A DNA stretch of 64,000 nucleotides from Syntrophales bacterium (GTDB lineage: Bacteria > Desulfobacterota > Syntrophia > Syntrophales > UBA4778), in the NCBI GenBank assembly GCA_028712885.1, contig JAQTPK010000006.1:14273-78272 (forward strand), in the 5' to 3' direction. Of the stretch, positions 53,032-61,565 are shown piece by piece. Position 1 is the first letter of the stretch. Every line of letters starts with the position of its first letter. A program made the translations under genes and the position numbers. The notes under the pieces are model-generated. The model made no database searches, was not told where the DNA came from, and was given only the letters and a program-made list of their open reading frames with translations.

Positions 53032-54119
53032 CGGACCCCCGTCTCCCGAACCAGCGAAGTCCCGATCCTCGGATAATTGCTCGCAAGCCAGTCATAAAGA
53101 GCCCGGACTCCCGGACCTATGCCGGTCTTCGGCTGCCAACCGGTGGCTTTCCTGAATTTTCTGAAATCCGAAGAATAGTAACCCTGGTCGCCCGGCCTGG
53201 AGTCCTCCCGGCGTGTCTCGGGAATCCGTCCGTGAATCTCGCTGATCAAATCCATCATTTCGAGGAGGCTGATCGTGTTCGCCGCCCCTCCTCCGATATT
53301 GAAGGCCTGCCCCGAAAGGCGCTCCATGGAGGCCCGCGCCAGCAGGAAAGCCTCGACCAGATCATTGACGAAAAGAATGTCCCGGACCTGAAGCCCGTTA
53401 CCATATATGGAAACCGGCTTCCCCGTGAGGGCGCATATGAGGAAGTGGGCAACCCAGCCCTGATCCTCGGTCCCATACTGATGCGGGCCGTAAATACAGC
53501 TCATGCGGAATACCGCGGCCTGAAGTCCGTAGATCCGGGCATACCCAAGCACGTACTGGTCGGCCGAACCTTTCGAGCATCCGTAAGGACTGTGGAAATC
53601 CAGAGGACTGTTTTCATTTATTCCATGGATGAGCACCTGCAGATCCTGCGGCTCATAGCGGGTCCCGTTCCCTTGCAGGGCCAGATTGTCCAGGGGGCCG
53701 TAAACCTTGTTGGTCGAAGTGAATATGAGAGGAGGCGGATTCCCGATGGCGCGGACTGCTTCGAGCAGATTGAGGGTGCCAAGGAGGTTCTGCTGGAAAT
53801 CAAAAAGCGGTTCGTGGACGCTTGTCGTCACCGCCACCTGGGCGGCGAAGTGGAAGACGAAATCCGCCCGCTGCACGGCATTGCGAAGTTTTTCCGCGTC
53901 CCGGACGTCGGCTATCTCCACGTCAAGACCGGCTCCGAACCGCTTGGCGAGCCATTCAAGATTTCTCCTCGCACCTTTTCTGACCAGGCTGTCGTAGACT
54001 ATTACCTTTTCCCCAAGCGCCAGGAGGCGCGCCGAAAGGTTTGTGCCTATGAAGCCTGCGCCGCCTGTGATCAGGACGGCTGGAGATTCCGACATCTCCC
54101 CGCGTGCGCTCCCGCTCAT
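53028..54119 (-). CDS. Extended-SDR NDP-sugar epimerase (CDP-paratose 2-epimerase-like)
   Basis: 'VLITGGAGFIGTNLS', 'TSTNKVYG', 'YGCSKGSADQY' (YxxxK), 'MSCIYGPHQYGTEDQGWVAHF'. Confidence 0.8.
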   Translation of the reverse strand: MSGSARGEMSESPAVLITGGAGFIGTNLSARLLALGEKVIVYDSLVRKGARRNLEWLAKRFGAGLDVEIADVRDAEKLRNAVQRADFVFHFAAQVAVTTSVHEPLFDFQQNLLGTLNLLEAVRAIGNPPPLIFTSTNKVYGPLDNLALQGNGTRYEPQDLQVLIHGINENSPLDFHSPYGCSKGSADQYVLGYARIYGLQAAVFRMSCIYGPHQYGTEDQGWVAHFLICALTGKPVSIYGNGLQVRDILFVNDLVEAFLLARASMERLSGQAFNIGGGAANTISLLEMMDLISEIHGRIPETRREDSRPGDQGYYSSDFRKFRKATGWQPKTGIGPGVRALYDWLASNYPRIGTSLVRETGVR

Positions 54120-55231
54120 ACTGTCAACCTCCTGTCCGCCAGCTCGGCGGCCGCCCTGAGAACGCCGTCATGAGGCTTTTGTTTTTCGAGCCAGGATGCG
54201 AGATCGGCCAGACCCCTGTTGAAATCCACTTCGGGCTGGTAACCCAGCAGCTTGCCTGCCAGGGCGATATCGGCAAAACAATGCCTTATATCCCCGACCC
54301 GATACTTGAAGGTGATCTTGGGCCGGGTCTTTTCCCGACCCAGCACGACGGCCATCTGCTCGGCTACCGACAGGATCGTGCGGGAATCGCCGCTTCCTAT
54401 ATTGAATACATTTCCCGCCGCCTCGGGTACCTCAAGGGCAAGACGGCAGGCGCGAGCCACATCGTGAACGCTTACCAGGTCCCTCTTCTGGTTTCCGTCT
54501 TCGAAGATCAGAGGCGGATTGCCGTTCAGCAGTCTTGAGGCGAAGATAGCCAGTACGCCCGTATACGGATTCGACAGGGACTGCCGGCTTCCGAACACGT
54601 TGAACAGCCGGAGGGCGACTGTGGGGATTCCATATGCCTTTCCGATAATAAGGCACATCCGCTCCTGATGGTATTTCGACAGGGCATAGATCGACGCCAG
54701 GGAAGGCGGCTTATCTTCGGGCGTGGGAATCGGCTTCAGGAGAAAACCGTTTCTGCGTATCTCCCACTCCCCCTCCCTCAGCTGTTCCAGCGGCCGCTCC
54801 GCGATATGGCAGATCTCGCCCTTTTCGTTTTCGTACAAACCCTCGCCGTAAACGCTCATGCTGGAAGCCAGCACCAGACGCTCTACGGGCTGCTCGATCA
54901 GAGCTTCGAGGAGAACGGCTGTCCCCTGGTTGTTTACGCTCGTATACTTTTCTATCTGGTACATGCTCTGCCCCACCCCGACCGCTGCGGCGAAATGAAA
55001 AACCGCATCCACCCCGGTAAGGGCTTTGCGGACGAGGATCGGGTCGCGTACGTCCCCCACTACCAGTTCCACTTCCGGATTCAGGTAATCCGGCCTGCGG
55101 GCGGCGGAGCCGTGAACCTGGCTCATCAGATTGTCCAAGGCCCGGACGCTGTAGCCGTGGTCGATCAGTTCGTCTGCGAGATGGGAACCGATGAAGCCGG
55201 CCCCGCCAACAATCAGGACTTTTTTCTTCAT
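54116..55231 (-). CDS. Extended-SDR NAD-dependent epimerase/dehydratase
   Basis: 'KVLIVGGAGFIGSHLADEL', 'ASSMSVYG', 'YALSKYHQE' (YxxxK). First gene of the 16-gene operon. Confidence 0.85.
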   Translation of the reverse strand: MKKKVLIVGGAGFIGSHLADELIDHGYSVRALDNLMSQVHGSAARRPDYLNPEVELVVGDVRDPILVRKALTGVDAVFHFAAAVGVGQSMYQIEKYTSVNNQGTAVLLEALIEQPVERLVLASSMSVYGEGLYENEKGEICHIAERPLEQLREGEWEIRRNGFLLKPIPTPEDKPPSLASIYALSKYHQERMCLIIGKAYGIPTVALRLFNVFGSRQSLSNPYTGVLAIFASRLLNGNPPLIFEDGNQKRDLVSVHDVARACRLALEVPEAAGNVFNIGSGDSRTILSVAEQMAVVLGREKTRPKITFKYRVGDIRHCFADIALAGKLLGYQPEVDFNRGLADLASWLEKQKPHDGVLRAAAELADRRLTV

Positions 55232-55320
55232 TTAGGAACCCCCGTACAACGTGGATCCCGGTAAGGACGGATTCAATCGCTGCCGCCTGAACGGGTTCCT
55301 GCAAAATACCGCGCAGGATT

Positions 55321-55337
55321 TTGCATTTAGCATGCCC
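55321..55337 (-). promoter_or_regulatory. Candidate sigma-54 (-24/-12) promoter for the 16-gene operon
   Basis: The minus strand reads 'gGGCAtGctaaaTGCAa' against the consensus TGGCACG-N4-TTGCW. GG and GC are at the correct 10-nt spacing, about 90 nt upstream of ATG 55231. No enhancer-binding protein is in the window. Confidence 0.3.
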
Positions 55338-55465
55338 GACATGCCGGCCCCTTGGGGATAAAACCTGACCGGGCATTTATTCATCTGGAATTCTGATCTC
55401 TTATTTTTCCGAACAGATATCCTTTGATGCGGCGCAAAGGACGGAAGACAAAAAAGTGTAGATCA

Positions 55466-55484
55466 AACTACAATAGTTGTAGTT
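55466..55484. promoter_or_regulatory. AT-rich 8-3-8 palindrome upstream of the 16-gene operon (possible operator/UAS)
   Basis: 'aactacaa tag ttgtagtt', about 235 nt upstream of the start codon and about 130 nt upstream of the sigma-54-like element. Confidence 0.3.
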
Positions 55485-55716
55485 GCGGCCGAGTGTTTCC
55501 AGGCTTTCGCCGGGACTAAAAAGTTATAGATATTCGAAATTTCCGGCACCCGAGAGAAACCCGGCCAAAAACTCGAAAAGGAATTAACAAGTTTATAGTA
55601 CAGCGGTCCGGAACCATCCATTGCACAATACCTGATTTTATAATGCGGAAAGACTTAGACTTATGGAGAATAGGATGGGGTAAGAGGTTATGGATTATTC
55701 GATTAATGAACAAACT

Positions 55717-55782
55717 GATTTTGGATTTTGTTTTTTGAATTTTGAAAATTGTTTGGGATTTGGAGTTTGGGATTTGGAGTTT
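55717..55782. repeat. GATTTGG/GGGATTT low-complexity array (second locus)
   Basis: 'gattttggattttgttttttgaattttgaaaattgtttgggatttggagtttgggatttggagttt'. Related to 9746-9805. Confidence 0.75.
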
Positions 55783-55889
55783 AACTGGGAGAAAAAGTCG
55801 GGAAAAGAAAAGGGTGAAATTCAAGTTACACTGGAAAAGGCGGTATTGAGCCGATCCCGTTACCTATGACCTGTTACCCATCACCTGAT

Positions 55890-57317
55890 TCATATGCGGC
55901 CATAATCATCCTCATACCGGATTATATCATCTTCGCCGAGATAGCTTCCGGTCTGAACCTCGATAATGCGGATCCGGCCCGAGGTCCGGTTCTCAACCCG
56001 GTGCCTGCCTCCGATCGGGATGAAAACATCGCCCCCCGCCGCAATCTCCAGGATCTTATCGTCCACGGTGACCGTGGCCGTTCCCGCAACGACGGTCCAG
56101 TGCTCCGCCCTTTCATTGTGGCTCTGGTAACTGAGGCGGCTGCCGGGTTCGATGTCCAGCCATTTAACCTGGTATCCCTCGCCCTCGTCCAGCACCTCGT
56201 ATGCGCCCCAGGGCTTCTCGACTCTTGTCCTTTCCCGCGCTTCTTTCCGGCCCGCTTCCGCAAGGAGACGCGCTACCTCGCGGACGTCCTGGCTGCGCGC
56301 CTCGCGGCAGACAAGAACCGCATCTTCCGTTTCTATCACGATCAGATCCTCGACGCCTATGGCCGCCACCAGGCGATGCTCCGACCGGATCAGGCTGCGT
56401 TCGGCATCGATGGCGATCACATCACCGCGGAGGACGTTATCATTCCCGTCTTTGTCGAGGATTTCATACAGCGCGGTCCAGCTTCCGACATCGCTCCATC
56501 CCACGTCCGCGGGAATAACGGCCACACGGCCGGAACGTTCAAGAATTCCGTAATCGACGGAGATGGATTGAAGGGATGGATAAATATCCCCGATCCGGCG
56601 GGGTTCCCTCCCGATCTCGGCGAGACCCCGATAATGGCCGGGGAGGAATTTTTTCATTTCGTCGAGAAAGTCGGCGGCCTTCCAGATAAATATCCCTCCA
56701 TTCCACAGGAAGCCGCCGGAGCGCAGATAGGCCTGCGCCTTATCCCGGTCCGGTTTTTCGGTAAAGCGTTCCGCACGGAATATCAGGGCGCAATCGCCCC
56801 CGTCCTCGATCCCGCTGATTGAAATCCGCTCTCCTTTGCCGATGTACCCGTAGCCGGTTTCCGGGCGGTGGGGCTGAATTCCAAGCGTGGTAAGCCAGCC
56901 GGCGGCTGCAACCCGGATCCCGAACCGCATGAGATCGATGAAGCGCGATTCGTCCCGGATATGATGATCCGCCGGCAAGACGGCCAGAATGCCTTCGGGA
57001 TCCTTCTTCCCCACCATAACCGCAGCCAATCCGATCGCCGCGGCGGTATTTCGACCCAGAGGTTCTTCAATGATGTTGACATGCTTGAGCGAGAGTTCCC
57101 GGACATTTCGGAGGACCTGATCGGTTTGACCTCGCACCGTTACGATCCAGATTCGATCCTCCGGCGCGAGAAGGAGCGCCCTTCTCAAAGTGAGGACAAA
57201 CATGCTGGCATCGGCAACGATATGGAGAAATTGCTTGGGGGTTCCTTCGCGGCTGAGGGGCCAGAATCTGGTTCCGCTTCCGCCCGCGAGTATCACAACG
57301 TGAAGATGCTCCGTCAT
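55890..57317 (-). CDS. manC: Mannose-1-phosphate guanylyltransferase / mannose-6-phosphate isomerase (type II PMI, cupin C-terminus)
   Basis: Start at ATG 57317 (MTEHLHVVILAGGSGTRFWPLSR..PKQF). C-terminal cupin 'KPWGAYEVL..YQVKWLDIEPGSRLSYQSHNERAEHWTVV'. Confidence 0.9.
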   Translation of the reverse strand: MTEHLHVVILAGGSGTRFWPLSREGTPKQFLHIVADASMFVLTLRRALLLAPEDRIWIVTVRGQTDQVLRNVRELSLKHVNIIEEPLGRNTAAAIGLAAVMVGKKDPEGILAVLPADHHIRDESRFIDLMRFGIRVAAAGWLTTLGIQPHRPETGYGYIGKGERISISGIEDGGDCALIFRAERFTEKPDRDKAQAYLRSGGFLWNGGIFIWKAADFLDEMKKFLPGHYRGLAEIGREPRRIGDIYPSLQSISVDYGILERSGRVAVIPADVGWSDVGSWTALYEILDKDGNDNVLRGDVIAIDAERSLIRSEHRLVAAIGVEDLIVIETEDAVLVCREARSQDVREVARLLAEAGRKEARERTRVEKPWGAYEVLDEGEGYQVKWLDIEPGSRLSYQSHNERAEHWTVVAGTATVTVDDKILEIAAGGDVFIPIGGRHRVENRTSGRIRIIEVQTGSYLGEDDIIRYEDDYGRI

Positions 57318-57385
57318 GAAACCATCCCGGATTGGAATAATGATCATTGAATATAAATATTAATAAGGAATTAGTAAATGAAAAT

Positions 57386-58564
57386 TCAGGGCTCGGAACT
57401 GTTTAATTCCCGGAAGCGACGATAAAGCCGCCGGATGTGCATTTCCGGTTCGCCCCGGTATTCCCGCGGCTCCACATCGATCCAATCCAGATCCGGCCTG
57501 CCGGCAATACGCGTCCTTTCCGCGCGCCGGATGACATCGAGGATCTCTTTTGGAGATCCGTCGGACCGGAACAGCCCGAAGCAGCACTCGTGCGGAAGAT
57601 CCCTGAACGGGACGGCTCCGCAGACATCCGGGGAGTAATCTCCGTAGCACCACCACAGCGCGCCGGGGATGCCGGCCCGCCGCAGAATATCCAGGGAGTC
57701 CCCGGCATAAACGGCGGCTTCCTCCTCTGATACGGATTTGGCGTCGGAGCCCGTCGATACGCCCATTTCGGCCATCCAGACTTCGCTCCTGCCGGAGAGC
57801 CAACGGGCCATTTCCGCCATGAACAGGGGAAAAAGGGGATCAGTTTTCCCTCCGGACCAGGAGGAGTACGCGGGATAGGCGTGCATGGTAATCAGGTCGC
57901 AGAATTGCGCTGCGTCCTCCGGACCCATGCCGCGGTTCTGCTCAATGTCTTCCTGATGGAGCCCGATCGTAACCGGCGCCGGGTTCAGCCGGAGCAATTC
58001 CTCCGTCATTTCCCCGATCCAGGTTCGGCCCTGTCCGCGCTCAGTCGGACGGTATACGTTGGAAGGCTCGTTTCCGAGGTCCCAGCCCCAGAGGCCGGCA
58101 TATCCCCGGAGTGCGGCGCACGTTTCCCGTATCAGAATCTTCTGCGCATCCCGGACCTCCCGCTCCAGGTAGGGATTCCTCACATTGAAAGGCCCGGACC
58201 GGCCGCGGGTGATTACCGGAAACCTGCTTTCGCTCTCCCCGGGCAGAACCATCCAGCCGGGGAGCCAATTCGCCCCGCTCATGTGTCCCGTGAAGAGGGT
58301 CACACAGATCGGTATCCTCGCATCGGACGCGATGCCGGCGAGCTGCACGAGCCGGTTCAGGGCCGGCATGCCGACCCGTTCCGGCTCCGGCTGAAAATCT
58401 TCCCACAAAAGAAAAATTCGGGCCGGCGATATATCCCAATCGCGCATGCGGGCAAAATCTTCCCTGACTTCGCCGGGGTCAAAACTTCTCCACAGCGCCA
58501 TGCCCTTCCGTATGGGCCAGTAATTCACGCCGATTTCGAATTTCCCGCCGTCCCTCTCCATCAT
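57386..58564 (-). CDS. Clan GH-A (GH5-like) glycoside hydrolase, no signal peptide
   Basis: 'FEIGVNYWP' (beta-1), 'ARIFLLWEDFQP', 'WGWDLGNEPS' (acid/base NEP), 'VWMAEMGVS' (nucleophile). Confidence 0.7.
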   Translation of the reverse strand: MMERDGGKFEIGVNYWPIRKGMALWRSFDPGEVREDFARMRDWDISPARIFLLWEDFQPEPERVGMPALNRLVQLAGIASDARIPICVTLFTGHMSGANWLPGWMVLPGESESRFPVITRGRSGPFNVRNPYLEREVRDAQKILIRETCAALRGYAGLWGWDLGNEPSNVYRPTERGQGRTWIGEMTEELLRLNPAPVTIGLHQEDIEQNRGMGPEDAAQFCDLITMHAYPAYSSWSGGKTDPLFPLFMAEMARWLSGRSEVWMAEMGVSTGSDAKSVSEEEAAVYAGDSLDILRRAGIPGALWWCYGDYSPDVCGAVPFRDLPHECCFGLFRSDGSPKEILDVIRRAERTRIAGRPDLDWIDVEPREYRGEPEMHIRRLYRRFRELNSSEP

Positions 58565-59579
58565 TCAAAGCTCCCGAAAGGATTTTCGCGTAAACGTCGA
58601 TGTAGTCCCTGACCATACGATCGCGATGAAATCTCTGCTCTACCGTCCGGCGGCACAGCGAGCGGTCGAGACTGCCGACCCGGTCAAGCGCCTGGAGCGT
58701 GTCCTTCATCCCCGTGACATGAAAACCGGTCACGCCGTGGTCAACCAATTCGGGGATGGAGCCCCGGGGATGCGCCACGACAGGCGTTCCGCACGCCATA
58801 GCTTCGATAAGGCTGAGTCCGAAAGGTTCGTTGAAGCCTATCAGATGCAGCAGGGCATAGGCTCCCGAAAGAAGCGCACCACGCCGCTCAGGCCCCACTG
58901 AGCCGATATATATCACATTCCTTCCGTCAAGTTCCGGCTCTATCTTCTCGTGAAAATACTTCCGGTCCTGAACGATTCCGGCAATGAGGAGCGGCATGCC
59001 GAAAATGCGCGCCGCCTCGATGGCCTCCCTGACGCCCTTATCCGCATGGATCCTGCCGAAAAAGAGCAGGTAATCGCCGGGTCGATCTGCATACGGGAAT
59101 TCCTCGACGGCGATTCCATGATACACATTTGCTATATAGTCAAGATCGGACGCCCTGTCCGCAATGGAGATGGACACGTAACCGACGTGGCCGTTATACC
59201 GTCGATAGGCCGGCAGGATGGCCGGAGAGGAGAAGCCGTGAATGGTCGTGAGCATAGGCGTGGGTATCAACCTGCTGTATGTCAGCGGAAGAAAATCGTA
59301 ATGGTTGTGGATCAGGTCGAACTGCGAAGCCATTTCCATCAGGTGTGAAATATGGAGGCATTCCCAGACTTTGGGATCGAGACGCTTGTCTTCCTCGCAG
59401 GGCGCGGCGCAGATTCCCTCCAGATGCGCCGTTGTGACGGAATCTGAGGTTGCAAAAAGAGTGACGTCGATGCCCCGGGCTGCAAGCCCTTCTGTAAGGA
59501 GCGACACTATCAGCTCCCAGGGTCCGTAATGGCGGGGCGGCGTGCGCCATGAAACAGGACTCAGCATTGCTATTCTCAT
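58479..59579 (-). CDS. Glycosyltransferase family 4 (GT-B)
   Basis: 'MRIAMLSPVSWRTPPRHYGPWELIVSLLTEGLAARG' and 'EPFGLSLIEAMACGTPVVAHPRGSIPELV'. The last ~29 codons overlap the next gene. Confidence 0.85.
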   Translation of the reverse strand: MRIAMLSPVSWRTPPRHYGPWELIVSLLTEGLAARGIDVTLFATSDSVTTAHLEGICAAPCEEDKRLDPKVWECLHISHLMEMASQFDLIHNHYDFLPLTYSRLIPTPMLTTIHGFSSPAILPAYRRYNGHVGYVSISIADRASDLDYIANVYHGIAVEEFPYADRPGDYLLFFGRIHADKGVREAIEAARIFGMPLLIAGIVQDRKYFHEKIEPELDGRNVIYIGSVGPERRGALLSGAYALLHLIGFNEPFGLSLIEAMACGTPVVAHPRGSIPELVDHGVTGFHVTGMKDTLQALDRVGSLDRSLCRRTVEQRFHRDRMVRDYIDVYAKILSGALNDGEGRREIRNRRELLAHTEGHGAVEKF

Positions 59580-59604
59580 GGAAAACCCCTTGAACCCTCT
59601 TAAT

Positions 59605-60603
59605 TCAGCGCCCCCTCACTTCAAGCTCCTTCAATTTCTCCGGCGGGGGCTCAGGACAGCAGTTCAGGACAAAATCAAGCATCTCGTCCAGATCGGCGAC
59701 TGCCACACCGATAGAAGTGTCTGCGGCGCCGTAATACATCAGAATCCTGTTCGACGGGGAATCCATCACCCAGCCGCACGGGAAGACCACGTCGCTCACG
59801 TCCCCTATCCTCTCGTATGACTCCGTGGGCGCAAAAACCCATTCGTCGCTACGGCGCAGCACCCTCCTCGGGTCGTCAATGTCGAGCAGCGCGAGACCGA
59901 GCCGGTAAATGCTGCCGGACGGCGTCTGGCGGACGCCGTGATACAGGACAAGCCAGCCTTTCCGGGTTTCGAGCGGCGGCGGGCTCAGGCCTATTTTATT
60001 GGCATCCCACCAGCCGCCTTCCCTCGACCGGATCAGGATACTGTGGTCTCCCCAGTGCCTGAGGTCGGGAGAGAAGGAGAGCCAGATGTGAACGCGGCCG
60101 TGGAAAAAAGCCGTGCTCGGCCTGTGTATCATGGCCCAGCGGCCCTTGAACTTGCGGGTGAAGAGGGCTGCATCCTTATCTTCGGGTGGCATGATCGACC
60201 CGATCCTCCGGAAATTTTTGAAATCCTTTGTGCAGGCAAGCGCGATAAGCGGACCGCCGTGGGAATACGCCGTATACGTCACAGCCCATTCCTTCGCCTC
60301 TTCCAGCCAGACGATCCGCGGATCTTCGATCCCGTAAAGTTCTTCCGGATAATGAATCGGGTCAGGGGCCAGGGTCGGGGAGGGGTCAACGGCCCAATCA
60401 TGGATGCCGTCCCTGCTCCGCGCCGCCGTCAGATGTGAAATTCCGCGATGATCCTCAACCCTGACCAGGAGGAGTACTTCGCCGTTTACCCTGGTAGCGC
60501 CGGCATTGAATACTGTATTGGCCGGATAAGGCCAGTTCCGCGCAGTCAGAATGGGATTTTCCTCGCAGCGGCGGAAAATAGATTCAGGCGTTTTTCTTGC
60601 CAT
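59605..60603 (-). CDS. GH130-family beta-mannoside phosphorylase/hydrolase
   Basis: 'NPILTARNWPYPANTVFNAGATRVNGEVLLLVRVED', 'YGIEDPRIVWLEE', 'DKDAALF', 'YHGV..YRLGLALLDIDDP', 'VVFPCG..YYGAADTSIGVA'. Confidence 0.85.
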   Translation of the reverse strand: MARKTPESIFRRCEENPILTARNWPYPANTVFNAGATRVNGEVLLLVRVEDHRGISHLTAARSRDGIHDWAVDPSPTLAPDPIHYPEELYGIEDPRIVWLEEAKEWAVTYTAYSHGGPLIALACTKDFKNFRRIGSIMPPEDKDAALFTRKFKGRWAMIHRPSTAFFHGRVHIWLSFSPDLRHWGDHSILIRSREGGWWDANKIGLSPPPLETRKGWLVLYHGVRQTPSGSIYRLGLALLDIDDPRRVLRRSDEWVFAPTESYERIGDVSDVVFPCGWVMDSPSNRILMYYGAADTSIGVAVADLDEMLDFVLNCCPEPPPEKLKELEVRGR

Positions 60604-60704
60604 GACTCCTCCGGGTAAATTTATTTTCTGCTTTCATCGGCAGCAGCCTTTTCGCCGGTGCGGCGGAAACTTGCCCGGGATCTCTTCTCGCGCTCCGGAT
60701 TCGG

Positions 60705-61565
60705 TCAAGTCACCCTGCGGTAATATGCAAGCTTTTCCGCATGGGGACGGAAAAGTTCCAGGATTTTCTCCTGCTCCGCGGGCGGCATCGGGCTTTTTTC
60801 GCGGGCGGAGGCGGCCATGAGCCGGACGTCCGCCGGTTTCGAGCAGCCGACGATAATGAGCGTAACCGGCTGGGAAAGTGCAAATCTGATCAGGGCCTCG
60901 GACGTGATGCCCACGGCCTCCGAGATGAAATGCGATCCGCCGAGGATTTTCATGCCGATCACGGCTATTCCTTTTTCATTCGCGGCGGCGAGTGTCGCGT
61001 CCAGAAACCCTCCTATCACTCTCTCCACCGGGCTTACCGGCATCATTACGGCATCAATGGGCCACTCCTTGACGGCCGCGGCGAGTACCGCGGGATCGTA
61101 GTGGCCGGTTACTCCGATGTGGCGGACTTTGCCCCGGTCCCGGGCCTCCAGGAAGGCTTCCAGCGCCCCTCCGGGGCCGCCGATCTTTTCCAGATCCTCA
61201 AAAGTCCTTACGTCGTGTATCTGCCACAGATCGATATAATCCATGCCCAGGCATTCGAGGGAAAAGTCGAGATCGGCAAGCGCCTCCTTCCTGGTCCGGC
61301 GCGTCGACTTGCTCGCCTGAAAGATTGTTCCCCGCAGCTGCTTCCGGTCCCGCCAGAATCGGCCGTAATAAATTTCGCTCCCCGCGTAAGCTCTCGCCGA
61401 ATCGAAATAGGATATTCCCTCCATGACGGCGGCCCGGATTATTACCTCAGCTTCTTTTTCATAACCGAAGCTCCTGAGGACGCCCTCTCCCCCCAACCCC
61501 ACACGCGTAACTTCAAAATCCGAGCAGCCGAAGCGGCGCCTGGCAATCTCCTTCCGGTTCTCCAT
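60705..61565 (-). CDS. Aldo/keto reductase family oxidoreductase
   Basis: 'VTRVGLGGEGV', 'GISYFDSARAYAGSE', 'IDLWQIHDV', 'VRHIGVTGH'. Confidence 0.8.
   Translation of the reverse strand: MENRKEIARRRFGCSDFEVTRVGLGGEGVLRSFGYEKEAEVIIRAAVMEGISYFDSARAYAGSEIYYGRFWRDRKQLRGTIFQASKSTRRTRKEALADLDFSLECLGMDYIDLWQIHDVRTFEDLEKIGGPGGALEAFLEARDRGKVRHIGVTGHYDPAVLAAAVKEWPIDAVMMPVSPVERVIGGFLDATLAAANEKGIAVIGMKILGGSHFISEAVGITSEALIRFALSQPVTLIIVGCSKPADVRLMAASAREKSPMPPAEQEKILELFRPHAEKLAYYRRVT

Noticed and set aside
55516-55824. 102-aa minus-strand ORF in the 55.2-55.9 kb gap
   Set aside because: Translation of the GATTTGG/GGGATTT low-complexity arrays ('QIPNSKSQTIFKIQKTKSK'). AT-rich relative to real genes, with no RBS context.
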